A stretch of 64,000 bases of DNA from assembly GCA_013265495.1 (NCBI GenBank), contig MU058037.1:1861498-1925497 (forward strand), written 5' to 3'. Positions 49,511-63,994 of this stretch are shown in pieces. The DNA comes from Vicugna vicugna. Lineage: Eukaryota. A program made the translations under genes and the position numbers. The first letter of the stretch is position 1; the number at the start of each line of letters is the position of its first letter. The notes under the pieces are model-generated. The model was not told the origin of the DNA and made no database searches. It was given only the letters and a program-made list of their open reading frames with translations.

Positions 49511-52500
49511 GGGTGTAGTGAGTGTGGTCCTTTGGAGCCCCATGTGTATCTTGGGGGTGACTTACTGCAAACTCCACTTGGAATTCTCCATACCTTGTGC
49601 AGTTGTGAAAGGAAGAAGCTCACAGTCTCCAAGGTTTGGCAAAACCCCCAAATTAAAAGCTGCCTTTGACACTCCCCTTCCTACCTGTCTCCCCCAGATT
49701 ATTGGTTTAGCTTTTTAAAATATTTTGGCTCCATTGATTCTCTACTTTTATTTGAGCTCAACAATGATGAGCTTTTCTATTTCTCCAGCATTTTAGTGTT
49801 TCAGCAGAGAGGGTAATTCATGCTATATAATCTGACATATAGCCTGAAATGGAAGTCTGCCAAATTTTCTTTTCTTATGTATGTTTTTAAACTCTTTGTT
49901 TTGTAATCTCTAGTCTTCCAGAAAAAACCACACCTATTAATCCCCACCCCCGACACACAACCCCATGAGTCACAAAATAGTGCTTTTGTTCTATTTAGTT
50001 TTGTTTTAAATACTAACAACTGTTTGTTCAAATTTTGTGCCCCTAAAAATACTTAAGCTAGATGATTTTATTTGAAGATGAAATGGATATCCATGAGCAA
50101 CATGTAGAATATCACAGTGACAATTCTAAAAAAATTTTAAAGAGGTTGATATGAGCATAAAGAGAGATTTCATGACTGGCTAATCTGAATAGAAAAACCT
50201 TTGCTAGCTTTCAAACAGGCTCAGAGCACATTTGCACAACCAACAGAAAGAGGCAACAAGGAATCTCTGGCTTCACCACAGAAGGTAAATGAGGACCGAA
50301 ATGCCATCATTTCTCTCGCTCTGGGAGAATTCTACCTGTGGTTTTTCCAGGAGACTAATCTGGAGTAAAATTTCTTACCAGGAGTATCTGGCAAATTTGT
50401 TTGCTTCCCTGAATTATTATCTAGGATAAGTCCTTGGCCTGCAGGAAGCTCTGAGGTTGAGTTTAATTGAGGCAAAATGAATTCCCATTAAGCCCTTCAA
50501 GAGGAGAGAAAACAGTTTCTTCTTAAGTAACTCAAGTTCTTGGCTTCTGTGGATATTTCTTTTCTTAAAAGAGTTAGTGGGAGTTTGATTACTGTCATGA
50601 TTTCCTCACAAAAAGGTCTCCCCTTTTTGTAAGGAAAAAAAGGAGTCTATTCATGTTTGAAAACAAAACAGACTGGGCTATCCTTCCTTTCACTTTCTTC
50701 CTTTTGCTTCAGGTACATGGCTACCTTTTGCTATCTGCTAGGAATTTGTTTAATTAATGCTAAATATTCTCTTTTCTCTGAGTTTTGGAAGGTCCTGGAA
50801 GGCTTGCCTAAGGTTCACCTGATTGGAAAATACATATTGACATTGCATAGGCCTTTCAATTGCATCACTTCTAATCACAAATCTGCTCTTGCCGAGTTCT
50901 CTTTTTCTCCTGGCACAGGTCTCTGATAGCACATAACAGAGGGCACTTTCTGGTAATTAGTGCATTCCCTCTCCGTGTGACAAAATGAGCATTTGTTCAA
51001 TAACAGACAATGATAAAAAAAAAATAGTAAGGTTTTGCAAATAGTACCTAAAGCAGAAAGGGAAGGCAAGCCTAGACCTTGAAAGAATAAATAAATGGTG
51101 GTGGAAATGTTATTTAAAACTCCAGACACCTTTAACTGGAATGGAAAATAAACTGAGACATAGTAAAAAAGAACACATTATGTAACTGGTAACATGGAAA
51201 TAAATCAGAAAATAATTATTCAAATACAAAAGGTATGAATTAAAGCTGAATAATATAATAATAATGATAAAACTCACATGTATATAGTTCTTTACAGTTT
51301 CTAAAGGATTTAGTGCACAAATTAATTTATTCAAGAGCCTAACAAATTAATGTATCTGAGATAATCACTTAGAAAACCTAGAAAAAAACAAAAATGCAAA
51401 AAGTAAAGTGGGAAAGAGTAGTTAAGTTAGAGAATCAATATAAAGAGAACTTGTGTCCTCTATCCAAATTATAACTCTGATCAAGTCATTTCAGGGCAAA
51501 ATTTCCTCCAAGCCCTCTATTACCAACAGGGTTAAGTTCAAAGTCCTTGGTGAGGCAGATGAAGGTATACAACCTAGTTTCACGTTACCATTTTAGTCTC
51601 ACCTCTAAATATCCCTCCCATCTCAAGAACTTAACATCCAGCTACACAGCTGCTCCACTGACTGATCCCACAATGGGTCATGCTTTTTCCGTTTTCTTTG
51701 TTGAGGTTTTTTTTTTTTTTAATTATAAAAAGAATATAGTCTTGCGAAAATTTCACATTGTATAGAAGAAATATATAATATGAAAGTATAAATTTACATT
51801 CCTCTCCAACATCCCCACCCAAACTAATTATCCAGAAATAACCATTTCTAGCTATCAATAGTTTATTGGTTGTTTTTTAAAGATATTTTCTATATAAATA
51901 AAATACACGTGAAATGAAAAAATGCTACAGTAACCCTAATCCTATATAATATGTATTATAGAGTATAATATACAATTCACACATAATATACATTTCATAT
52001 ATATGTGAAATATATTGTATATTTATATATAAAATATAAATATGTATCTCCTACAAGTAAAACAAAGCTTTTTTGCCTCTACCCTAAACTGATCTCATCA
52101 AAATGTCATATTCAAAAGAATCCAAATTTAACTTTCTAAACCACTGAATTCTGATGTATGCTTTTACTAAAACCTCTTGAATGGAGAATGAAGAACAGGG
52201 AATAATAACCCAGTAAATACATACACAAACAGCAAAATTTCCAAAAATTCCTGTTTAAACAGTTCTGTCACTCAAAGTCACCATGCTATCTGTCTGTCTG
52301 TCTGTCTGTCTCTCTTTTTTTTCTGTCTCTCTCCAACAACCTACAGCCCACCTATTTCTTTTTTCCCCAGGTAGCTCTATACCCTGCCTAATGTGAATCA
52401 AACTAGAGTCTCTAAGCTTCTGTAAGTTAGCATTTCCACCTATTATCTCTAAACAGCACTACAAAGACCCAGGACCTGAGATACACAAACAAATAAAAAT

Positions 52501-53184
52501 ACTCCTTAGAAGTGGGGAAAGGATTGCTGTAGGTGTGCGGGGATAGATTGTATATTTACATATGTATATGTGTGTATTCATGAGTGTGTATGCATATACT
52601 CATATAAACAATAATAATGATTACTCTACATTCTGTAACTTGGTGTTTGAGATTTTGCTTAGTAGCCTAAGTTACTACAGATACATCAGTCTTGTTTTCA
52701 TTGGTATATTACCATATGTAGAGGTACCATAATTATTTAACTTTTTCCTAATTGGTGGACATTTAGGTTGTTTTCATTTTTTCACAATTATAAACAGTGC
52801 TGCTTCATTACGAATATATTTTGGCTCTTTCTTCTTATGGAACCCTGTCCAATTTGTCCTCCTACTACTTCTATAAGAGATAGAAAAATATTTATGTTGT
52901 TTGAATTTCCATTGAAGTTCCAAAACTGAGAACAACAGGTGTTAGGTATCCCCCATTATAACATTAGGGCCAAGATACTGCCAGGACCCTTTTAGGGTCT
53001 AACAAGAGGTAGAACCTCACCCCGATGACCCCAACCAGACCATAAAGGAAGCTAAGCAATTTGAGGGGAGCTCACTAAAGAAAAGTGTTCCATAAAGGAG
53101 GGAATTTGTCAGATTTTAGTGAATTCTTGACCTAGTAAGGTTTATTAGGGAATTTTCTTTCTCTTGTGCCCTGGCCTGTTTTCA

Positions 53185-53585
53185 ACTACCAATATCTGGT
53201 ACTCTTTACCTGGATATTTTTTCTGAAGCTTGCAGATGGCTTCTCTTCCTCAGAGAAATGTTGGGAAGCTGAAAAATGTTGGGAAACTAACACCCCAGGA
53301 GCAGCCCTTAACCAGTGGCTCTTGCATTTGTGTATAAAATATTTGTTCCCTTGAACCTCATATAGAACTTTGAGGCAGATGTTTTACATCAGCTCTGAGT
53401 CTCCGTAGCCCCTGTTGCCTACTGATGTAGCTTTCTTAATAACACAGCATGTACTGAGATCCTTTCTTTCCCAGTCTTACTTCCCCTCTCCTCTCCCAGT
53501 GTTTCCTGGGATCACCTTCCAAATTAACTACTTGCGCTTGAATCCTTTTCTCGGAGTTTTTCTTAAAAGAACTCTACCTAAGACA
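53185..53585 (+). mobile_element. LTR16-family solo LTR
   Basis: caccccaggagcagcccttaacca...gtttcctgggatcaccttccaaattaactacttgc...cctaagaca. Confidence 0.7.
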
Positions 53586-54174
53586 TTGGAGTTGTCAGGA
53601 ATCTCACTCCCAATTGGATGCTTGCTGAATTGCAAAATTCACAGGCCTATAATAGCACAGAATGTGGATATTTCTTAGGAGAATTTGATGTTGGTCCCTG
53701 AAGTTTTGAGGGCATAAATTACCAAAAAGATTGTAAGCTGCCTCTCACTTGGTGACTTCCAGAAGCAAGGCACCAGTTGGAGTAATCCATGATGCCTGGA
53801 AGAAAGCTAGCAGAGAAGTTAAGAATGAAATGGAAGAAGTGCTCCCCCATCCCCACTGTAGGGCCGTGGGTCAGGCCTGAACTGGAGGAAGAGAGGGTTG
53901 ATTTGGACATGATATTACAGTTTTGATTTATACTGGCTTCAACTTAATTGAGACCTTTTAAGATTTTAAGACAATTTATGGTTACTGCTAGTGTTCTTAT
54001 AGTTGAAAGGGACTGAATTAAAAATGGCCTGACACGTCAAAAGGGAGTAGAGAACGAGATCTTGACCAAATGCTTTAAGTCATTGGATAGGGAAAAATAA
54101 TGTCATTTTCTGTTTGTATTCTCTTGAGTTCAGACTGTTTAAAAAACTAGATACATCTCCTATACCATCCTCTC

Positions 54175-54352
54175 CCACCACTAGCTAGCTAGGTGATCTT
54201 GGGCAAATTTTTAACCTCTCTACATTTCAGTTTCTTTATCTGCACAATTTAATTTTCATAGGATTGTTAGAGGATTAAATGAGAAAATGTAAGTAAAGCA
54301 CTGGTCTGATACATAGTAGATGCTCAATAAATGCTGCTAGTGTTGTTATTAT
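54175..54352 (+). mobile_element. MIR SINE
   Basis: gtgatcttgggcaaatttttaacctctct...ataggattgttagaggattaaatgag. Confidence 0.75.
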
Positions 54353-54399
54353 TCTGACTCCCTATAGTTGGTATCATCCATTGGTGTAAAGCCACCAAC

Positions 54400-55190
54400 T
54401 CATTTTTTGACCTCTCCCTCGGCCTTCTCCCATACATAACTAAGCAATTTCCTCATTCTGTCAAATCTCCCTTCATAATTACTCTCAAATCCATTGCTCC
54501 TTTTTTGTGACTACTGCCACTGAGCTAATTTTTGGCACTATTAGCCACCCAGGTTTTTACAACAACCTCTTCCTTGTTGTTCATCCCATCTCTTCCAAAC
54601 AATTTTGTAGACCAATGTCCAAATTAGTTCCCGAAAGAATGCCTTTGGTCATGGCCTCCCTTGCTCAAAAAAATTCTCCCTTCTCTACTACAGAATTAAG
54701 TTCAGGTTATTAATCTTAGTATTAAAAGCCCTGCATAACTGACCACATCTTATATTTTTAACTTTTTTCTATTACTATCCTGGGTGTATCCTTTGCTTCT
54801 ACTTACTTGAAATGTACTACTCTCTGCTTCTGCAAAACACCCCACAATTTATTGTCTTCACCCTTTGATTATGCTGTTCTGGCATTCTGGAATACCCTTC
54901 CCTCTATCTCTGATTGTCAAGAACTAGCCATCCTTTTGGCTTATGTTATAGGTCACCTATTTTATGGAGCTTTTGCTCATCCCTGCAAGTGTATGTGATA
55001 TCTTTATCCTTTGAATTGCCTCCATGAATACCTCTTCCATGGCTACATGTTGCATTCACTGTTGTGTTATGATTATTAGGCACTTTTCTTCTTCTACTAG
55101 ATTGTGAGGTCCATGAGAGGAGGAAGAAGATCTAAATCATTTGTGTATTCCTTATTGTGTTCAATCCGTGGTTTGAAGCTTCAACTTTAG
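54400..55190 (+). mobile_element. L2 fragment(s)
   Basis: tcatggcctcccttgctcaaaa...atgctgttctggcattctggaatac...ctactagattgtgaggtccatgagagg. Confidence 0.6.
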
Positions 55191-57269
55191 TGTCTGCTGT
55201 ATATAGCCTAAATTATGGTAGTCACTAAGCCAAGTGAGGTGAATTCATGTTAGACTAAATTCCTTCCTAAGGATTGTGAAGCACTTCAAACCCTTTAAGG
55301 AAAAAAGCAGACCATATGTAAACATAGACTTGGATTGGATTCTGATGAGGCTTCATCCCCAGTTTGATTCAGTTGGTCTTCACTGGGACCTCAGTATCAT
55401 TTTTTAAAAGCCCACCTCTCCCACCCACTCATAATTCTAATATGCAGTCAGGTTTGAGGTCTAGGATCAATGATCTAGGGTACATAGATATCCCAGATAA
55501 AGATATCTCACCTTTGAGTTAAAGAGAAGAACAATCAGCAAATATATAAACTATGTATACTTTTACATGGCATTTCCTAGAGTTAATTCTTTACCTATTT
55601 TAAATAACATTTCTTCTTGGTAAAACACTCACATTTGTATTTGGGAAGTATTATTCTCTTGCATGAGTCTTTACTTCTCACCAAAGAGCTTGGTTTTTTC
55701 ATTTGCTTTTAGGTAATTCATGGGGAAGTATAAACAAACACATTCAAGAGTGACTGGTTATTGTTCTTCCCTGCTTGAATATTTATCATCATCTTTGGCT
55801 TTGACATTTATTTCAACTTCATTGATAATTCTGCAGTGCCTTGCTTTCTTTTGACATTGCCATTTTAGTACCTCTTGCTATTATATATATTTTGAGGGCA
55901 TTATTGTGTGTGGAAATTCCCAACCTCACTTTCACTCTTACAAGTTTAATTGGCTGAAGTCCCTGATTTATTGAGCTTCAGCTTGGCCTAAGCTAAGGTG
56001 TTTTCCCCTGTTAGCTGCTTTCCTGAAATATGGCCTCACCTGATCCACATGTTTTCCTAGTTTGCAGGTCATGAATGTATCCTTTTGCTCAGTAACCCTA
56101 AATGTTATCCTTTGTTCTTCATCTTCAGCCTTCCCAAGCTTCTCACAGTGAATAAACTGATGCCCCTCAGCTTCATAATCATTCCATTCTATTTCTGAGC
56201 AATTTTTAGTTATATAAGTAGTGTCCATCATAGTACCAAGTGGAGAAGTAGTAGCCATAGTAGCAACAGAGCTTGGAGAAAGGCTAGATAAGTAAGCCAG
56301 ACCTGAAAGACAAAACAGAACTGGGCTTCCACATTGTTTCCCAAGGATCCTGGCCCTCAGTTGAGCCTAGAATGTGGTTCTCTCAGGAGGAACTCATGTG
56401 TGGCTCCCAGTGACCTATGTTGGCTTAACTTTAAAGTGGGCTGGGACTTCAGTCACAGAAAGTTGATGAAAGAAAAGTAGGACCAAGGCTGGAACAAGAC
56501 CTATGTGTAAAGGTGGTCTCCAGTAGGGACTAGCAATCTAAATTACAGTAGTCATTACTGCTGAGTTTGGCACAACTTTCTGTACCATGTCAGGCCTTCC
56601 TGGTTGCTCTGCTACCCATAGCCTTCACTCCCTCTCTAGCATGACCTCCTTCCACGTTCTTACTTTTGCCCACCTATTGCTTCTCCTAACCTAAAAAGCT
56701 ATAAGCCAAATAGCCTGACTTGAAGAACAACAGGGAGGAAGCCAAGATCTTACAACTTACCTCAGTTTGGGATCTCCGGGTCTAACTCAGCAGGAGCAAG
56801 GAATTTTGCCCTCCAGCTAAATGGAACACCCTCCTCCTGGAAATTTCTGGTATCTCCCCTCTTATATTTCTACAGTGGCTCTAGAGCACAGAGATGTGCC
56901 TTATCTGATTTATAGACCACACTGAAAAGTTCTAATGGAATTTAGCTCTTGGGCTCAGAAAACTTACTGTTAGGCAATTATAGCCAATTGTATAGAATCA
57001 ATACATAAACACAACTTTTTGAGAGGTTCATTTCAAATCAAGCATGTAATTAGAAGATGAAGACATGTTATATGGAATAACCAAGCATGTTCACCAAACT
57101 TAGTAATCACACCAAAACTCAAAATGTTATTGCATCAAAAGATTGCATTTTAAAATGATTTTGTGTGTTTAGGTAATGTAAAGACTTTACAAATGAACCA
57201 TTAAACACAGCACTATCGTTAAGCAGTGTTACAAATTTTGCTTAGGTATTTCAACATTAACTCCACAAA

Positions 57270-57880
57270 ATCACTTTGGAAAACTCTACTAAGGCTAAAC
57301 ACACACTTACCCTATAACCCAGAAATTTCACTCTTTGGCATACCCAGGAAAAATGAGTACATATGTCCACAAAAAGACATATGTAAGAATACTTATAAGA
57401 GCTTTATTTGTAATAGCCAAATGCTCGTCAACAGAAAAATGGATAAATAAATTGTAGTGTTTTCATACAATGGAAAACTACACAGCAGTAAAAAGAACAA
57501 GCTACTGGTACACATAACAACATGGATGAACCCCCATGTATATTATGTTGAGTGAAAGAATCCAGACATAAAGGAATACGTATGTATGATTCCATTTATA
57601 GCAAATTCAAAAAGAGGCAAACTAGCTGAGGAAGATAGAAGACCTAAAAATACTGGTTACCTGAGAGTGGGTGTGGATGGGAGTGTAAACTGGAAAGAGG
57701 AAGGAGGAAGCTTTCGAAGGTATTGGAAATATTCTATATCTTGATGTGAGCGATGGATATAGGAAGGTGAGAAGGAAGGTTGAGAGGGAGTATGTACTTA
57801 TATAGTGAAAATTACCATGCTGCACACTTAAGATTAGTGCATTTACATAGTTTACTCTTTCTTTATTATATCTCAAAGAA
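57270..57880 (+). mobile_element. L1ME/L1MC-like 3' end
   Basis: atatgtccacaaaaagacatatg...aatggataaataaattgtag...atgattccatttata...tattctatatcttgat. Confidence 0.8.
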
Positions 57881-58819
57881 AATTAACTCCAACATAGACT
57901 GTCAGAAAAACATAGAAGCAATTTTCCTTAAGCCATTTACATTCAAATGGCTAAAGCCAGATGTTTCAATGTTCAACACATGTGCATGTCTAAAATAATC
58001 ACCCTCCGGCATATCTGATTGGTTGGTATAACAAAAATGGCTGATGATTATACAGTCATTCTTTTGTTCAAGTAGCTCAAAGGCTATACATAAATTGATC
58101 TCACAATATGGGTGTTACGAACACAGTAAGTCTAATTCATAAGTAGACTTACCTTGCATCCCAGGAGGGTTAGTTTTATAAAAAAAATTTAATTTTAATA
58201 CTTAAAATCTGAATACAGGCTCCTGTTTTTATTTATTGTATTATTCTGCACAGCAGAAGTACAATGAAGATTATCATGGGCCTTAACAAAATCTTGGGAG
58301 TCAGTACAGTCTGGTGATTCACAGATTATTCCATTTCCTAGAAGAATGACCTTGGGCAATGACCTTCAATTGGGAATAATAGTTATGAGGATTAAATAAA
58401 CTAATATGTTTATAGGGCTAGAACAGTGCCTGGTACATGCTAATAAATGTTAGCTACTTTATCATTTAAAAGAAATCAGGTAGCAAGTCTAGAAAAAATT
58501 CAACTAGCATGACTTCTCCTTTCCAATACAGAGAACTCAACTTTAATGACTTCTTTTGTAAATAGGATGTATTTTTCCAAAACAGCAATATTCTCTCATG
58601 TCAAAATCCTTTTAAAAACAGAAACTATGGGTATAAGAGTATTAGGGCACATATCTTATTATGGCAGGCTGAGAAGTGAGCAGAGCTACTCTAGTTAATC
58701 TCCAGACCTGTGAGTTGGAGATGAAATGCTTTTTGTTATATACTACTGAATTTTGGGATGGTTTGTTACATAGCATTCTGTGCCAATAACTGACAAATAA
58801 TACAGCTGACATTCTAGAG

Positions 58820-59023
58820 CAAAGGTTGGCAAACTATGGCCAGTGGGTCAATTCTTGCCATGGCTTATTTTTGTATAGCTCATGAGCTAAGAATGATTTT
58901 TATATTTTTAAAAAGTAGTTTAAAAAAATAAGAGGAAGAATATGCAACAGGGATCTTATAGGGCTTGCAAAGCCTAAAATACGTACTATCCGACTGTTTT
59001 CAGAAAAAGTTTGCTTATTCCTG
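58820..59023. mobile_element. MER58 (B/C-like) hAT MITE
   Basis: ggttggcaaactatggcc...gagctaagaatg...gcaaagcctaaaata...gaaaaagtttgc; TSD TTCTAGAG/GTCTAGAG. Confidence 0.85.
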
Positions 59024-60048
59024 GTCTAGAGTAAAAGGTAAGGAAGAGAAAAGAGAAATTCTCTCCAGAGCCATGGCAAAGGAAAAGATATTTTAATGCC
59101 GACTACAACCCTGCCTGGATGGCTGTCCCCAACTAGACTTTATATGTTGTTGAGTGAGTAGAAGACCACAGCAGCTTTTGGGGAGACCATGTATGTAGAG
59201 GGACAGGAGACTGTAGGGGTGAGTGCCTCCAGGATTGTGCTTCTGTAGCCCATTGACTAAACAACTGCTGACCATGAGGAGGCAGCACTGTTCACAGGGA
59301 TAACCCAGGAAAAGACTGGCAAAACCTTAACTGGAAATAATTTCTTCCTTCAGGTCCAATAGCAATTCACAGCCTCTCGGTTTCACTATATTTAGTTAAG
59401 ACCAATTCCTAAGCCCTTCCTAGTTCTTTCCCTCCTGCAGAATTATTAATACATTCGGTATTCCTTAATCTACATTGGTAGTACTGGATTGGACAGTGGA
59501 CTCCTGGGAAAACATGATGTGAAACAGCACTCTGTGGTAGACTGGGTATGTGCTAGTATGTGCAGCTCCTGCCATTTGGGGGGTTAGCTTTGGTAGACAC
59601 TGTTGACTGAGGAGGTAAAGGCAGTAAGAAATGAACCAGAGACATTTAGTAAGCAGCATCACATTAACAGAGCCACACAACAACTGGCAACAAAAAGCAA
59701 CTACTGCCTATATCCAGATGTCCATGTTAGGTGGCAAAATAGTTCTCTATTTACTATCACTCTCTTGGTGAAGAAAGATCCTGAAAAGACATGGTCCATT
59801 AATTCTCAGTACTTATACAATATAGAGCAACATTGTTTGTGCAGATGAAATTTTGGATTCTAAGCCATCTTTCATACTTCCTCTTACCAAAATACTATGT
59901 ATAGGGGTGCAAGTGAGTGTTGCAACACTAGGTTGTTTCTTTATTAAAGAAATCTGTTATATTGATAATGTTTTATAACATTTTGTTCACATGTAATTTG
60001 AAAAGAGCCTGAAAATCAAATTCCTAATTGGGAAAGAGATTCAATGTT

Positions 60049-60050
<2 letters not shown>

Positions 60051-60094
<44 letters not shown>
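60051..60094. repeat. (GT)22 microsatellite
   Basis: Direct reading. Confidence 0.97.
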
Positions 60095-60097
<3 letters not shown>

Positions 60098-63000
60098 GTG
60101 CCTAAGAAATCAATGTCCCCTACAGAAAAGCAATGTTTTTCTGGGTCATAATTACAGCTGTTTGCCTCTCTCTCCCTGGGAGGGCTCCCATTACTGTTAG
60201 TTTATACCTCATTCTAGCCTTTGCTGATACTTGAATGTTGCCAGTACAGTATTTGAGCCTTAAATTTGTTCTGAACTTTTTTTTTTAATCTAGAGCTATA
60301 CACTTGCTATTTGGAATTGTACTTATTTTGTAAGAACAGAAGAAAACTTCAAAATAGTAACTGACCTGAAAACATTATATATTTTTAAAAAACAGAGACT
60401 GTATGGGTATAATAATGTTAGAGCAAACTTGTGTGTTTTGTCAGGTTGAGGTTGATGGCATTTACGAAAAAGCTTTAAATCTTATTCTAGGCTTGTCTCT
60501 CTAGCTCTTGTTACCTCAATTAAGTCAGCGCACTTCTGTTTTCATGTAAGCTCTAACTCAGGCCTCTGTAGGGTGATTTGATGTGTACCAAGAAAGGCCT
60601 CATTCACCCAAAATACCTCACCAACCAGGGTCCTGAAGTGGAGATAGTATTTGGGAGAAAGGAAGAAACCTTTTCTGGAGCACTAGAGACACCTCAAGGT
60701 AAACTTTTACGGTTTCTAAATTTTGACTGGAGTCAGTTTCAGGGTTTATGGGGAATGGGCATAAAAACTTGCCTTTAAACTTATTTGGAGAATAAGGCAT
60801 TGTTTGTGAGATGACTTGAGTCCTTTGGAAAGAAAGCACATTAGGGCAGGAGGAAGATTCTCAATATGCTGTCACCTTTAACATTGAGGTGGAAAGTTTT
60901 TTGTCCTGGGAGGACAGGGTGCAGCTTTCCCCAAATGTAACAAAGTAGGCTTGGCGAACCTCAAGTGGCTGTTCTGCTTCTGCAACCTCTGGGTGAATGC
61001 TGGGGAAGACATTGTGCTGTTTGGATGGGCTTCTAATGGACTCCATGAAATCACAGTTTTCAGTGACTATGTAAGTGCATTGTCATAGTAAAACATTGAG
61101 TCTATACTTGATTGGCTTCCAGGCTTTTCATATTTTAATCCAGCTTCCCATCCCCAGTCTTCATGTGATTTCATGCCATGCCATGCCATCCCATTCTATC
61201 ATATTTGTTTCCCTTTCATTTCATCCAATCCCAATTCATTCAGCTACTTTCCACAACCAATGTATATCAACTCTGTACAAAGCATTATTGGGTGCTCTGA
61301 GATGGAAGGTGAATTAGATTTTATAACAACTTAGAATCCCATTGGAGAGACCAGCTCATACATATGAAACAAATACTAAACAACACAAAACCACATGTAA
61401 TTAAGTGAGCAGTTGTGAACATACATTCAGTATTTAAGAGAAGGGAAATGTAGGCTTAGATGATCAGAGATGGCTTCAGGGAAAAGATGGGCTTGAACTC
61501 AGACCTGATGGATGAAAAGGTTTTACAAAAACAGAGGACTAGAAGGATTTTCTGAATAAGGGAGGTGATGGGTAAGGAAGCTGAGGTGGAATCATTTTGT
61601 CGCTCTCTTCATATGCTTGCCTCAGCTCATAAAATGGTATCATCTCCTCTTGTGGGAGTATTGAAGAGAATGTTTCAATTGTCCTTTACTCCTCTCACAC
61701 AGTGTTCTATGTGGGAACAGAAATTATTTACCCGAGTGGTGGGATGATTAGACTATGACAGCCTTGAGTCCGTTCTTCTCTAAAGGACAGCACTGATGGA
61801 TTAGAGATCACTGACATTTTTCTCTTGGCCCATCTGTGCTTGCTAAGATGTGAGAAAGTCCAGGTTCTCCTAAGTGTCTAGCTAAGGGTCTCCTCGGCAG
61901 ATTCAGTTCCCTTTGTGTGGGTTGCAAGGTGTGGACTTGAGGTAAAGAAGTAGCAAGTCCATTCTGGCTTCACACCTGAGCTACAGTCTCCAAGGCAGCT
62001 TCAGCAAAAGTGAAATTGGTATTTTCACCCCTGTTACATTCCTATAACCATTTAACAATTGGTTCAAAATTCAGAAGGATACAGTATGAAAAATTATCAG
62101 TTGGGACCACAATATAAGGAAGTAATGAACCTAGAATGTTCAAGGTGGGTGGAAGTGAAGGGGAGGGACAATGAAGAGAAAATACTAGCTAGCCAGAGGG
62201 CTTATGGCAGAAAAAAGGCAGTGATGTGCTGGGATAAGATGGAAAGGGTAGACCGCAGAAGGCCTTGGCTGCCAAAATACGGATGGGAATGTTCACAGCC
62301 TAGCTGCTGTAAGAGAGGTGTAAAATTAATTTCAACACAATGAGCTCAATGCTATTATAAAGATGCTTTCAAAGAATGGAAGAGGCTAATTCTGCTTGAG
62401 AAGTGTGTGAGAAGATGCAGGAGGAGGAGAGGAGGATAAGAATGGAAGGTTTACAGAGGCGGCAGTTTCCAAAATGAGGATGGTCTAGTATGTCAGCAGC
62501 ATTCCCCAACCCCCACCCCCATCTCTAATGCAGCAGCTGCTTGGCGGGCAGCAAGAGATGAGACTGAAAAGGTGGGCAGAAGAGAGGGCTAAGGAATTTG
62601 CTTTAGGTGCTGGAGACAGGAGGAGGCCCCTGGAGTTGGCTTCATTGTACAAATTCGTACACTGCAGCGCAGCAGATTTATGAACCGTGAGAATGTATCC
62701 CCCAGGGCTAGGAACAGACACACCATTTGAAACCTGACATGACCTTAGCTGGCAAGAGTTCTTGGGAGAGGAACAGAGGCTGCTTTGCTATGTGTTCTAC
62801 AGGCGGTAAGGATTTCTCCACTAACTGAGGCTTTCCTCAGAGGTGCTTGCCTGTTATTTCCTGCTGCTGGTACCAGGAGCTGCTCTAGAAAGAGCGCCAC
62901 GTCCGTGGGGAGGCTGCAGTGAAGATGCACCTTTAGCTACACAGGATGGTGGCAGGAATTGGGAAGGGGGTTGCTTCCTAGCTTCACGGCTCCAGCCACA

Positions 63001-63334
63001 GTTGGCTTACATTTTCCCTTTCTAGTGTTTTCCTAGCTCTCTTCATCTCATAGCTCATTTAGTGGGAAACATTGCTGAGAGTCCTTGAGCATTAACAAAA
63101 GCCTTTTCCTCTGGATGTTGAATCTGGAATTGATTTTATAAACCCTCAGACTTGGTGATAACCTTAAAGCATCTTTAGGGGGAGACTGGAGGGTAAAACA
63201 AGACCCCTGAGCTCTGCTCACACATCAGTTTCCTGGTGACCACTTTATTTAGCAGGGCAGTCCCGGATTCCTTATCTCACTCCCCACTCTAGTACTCATT
63301 CTCTTCCAGTAGACTCTTTAATTTATTTATGTTG

Positions 63335-63450
63335 TTAACTGTTTCTCTCTCACCTGAATATAAATTACCTGAAGACAGGGATTTCCCTGTTTTGTTCACT
63401 GTTGTATCCTCAGTACCTAGAACACTGTCTAGCACATAGGGAAAAAATTC
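63335..63450 (+). mobile_element. L2 3' end
   Basis: tttgttcactgttgtatcctcagtacctagaacactgtctagcacatag. Confidence 0.75.
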
Positions 63451-63501
63451 AACTAATATTTCTTATATTTATTTCATTTTGTGTGGAATTCCAGATAGGA
63501 G

Positions 63502-63994
63502 GTGCAGCAGGCACTGTCCCCACCTCACACCCCCTCGGCCCCATCCCTTCCGAGCCCACAAGCCGGACTTCCACTACCAGCACTCACATCTCTTTGCCTA
63601 GGGGATTTCTTTGGCCATCAGAGCCTGTTCTACTCTGCAGTATGTGATAAGCCAGAAGGGCAGAGAATTAGCAATCTCACAAGGAGCTCCCAAGTAATGG
63701 CTGACTGATGGAGCTGATGAATTTAAACCCCAGCATGCCCCCTCCTTAGTTGGCATAACTCTGAGATGCATGTTCTATACTAATTCCCAGAGTTCCTCAG
63801 TGCATTTAAACTCCAGTTGCCCACAGTGTCACTTGCTTGAAACACATGTCTTGTATTAATAGCTTTCTCTTCCTTGGCTCTCGTCACATCCCCCACTCCC
63901 TTATTAGTGTTTCCTGGGATCACCTCTCAAATAAACCATTTGCGCTCAAATTCTTGTTTCAAAGGCTGTTCCTAGGGGAACCCAAAGTAAGATA
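63502..63994 (+). mobile_element. LTR16-family solo LTR
   Basis: cataactctgagatgcatgttc...ctccagttgcccacagtg...tcctgggatcacctctcaaataaac...ggggaacccaaagtaagata. Confidence 0.8.

Noticed and set aside
51890..52050. AT-rich stretch as a functional element
   Set aside because: Degenerate (TA)n low-complexity sequence next to old L1 remnants.
60572..60698. Open + strand AG...GT segment as a coding exon
   Set aside because: Poor polypyrimidine tract, no recognisable homology and no partner exons.
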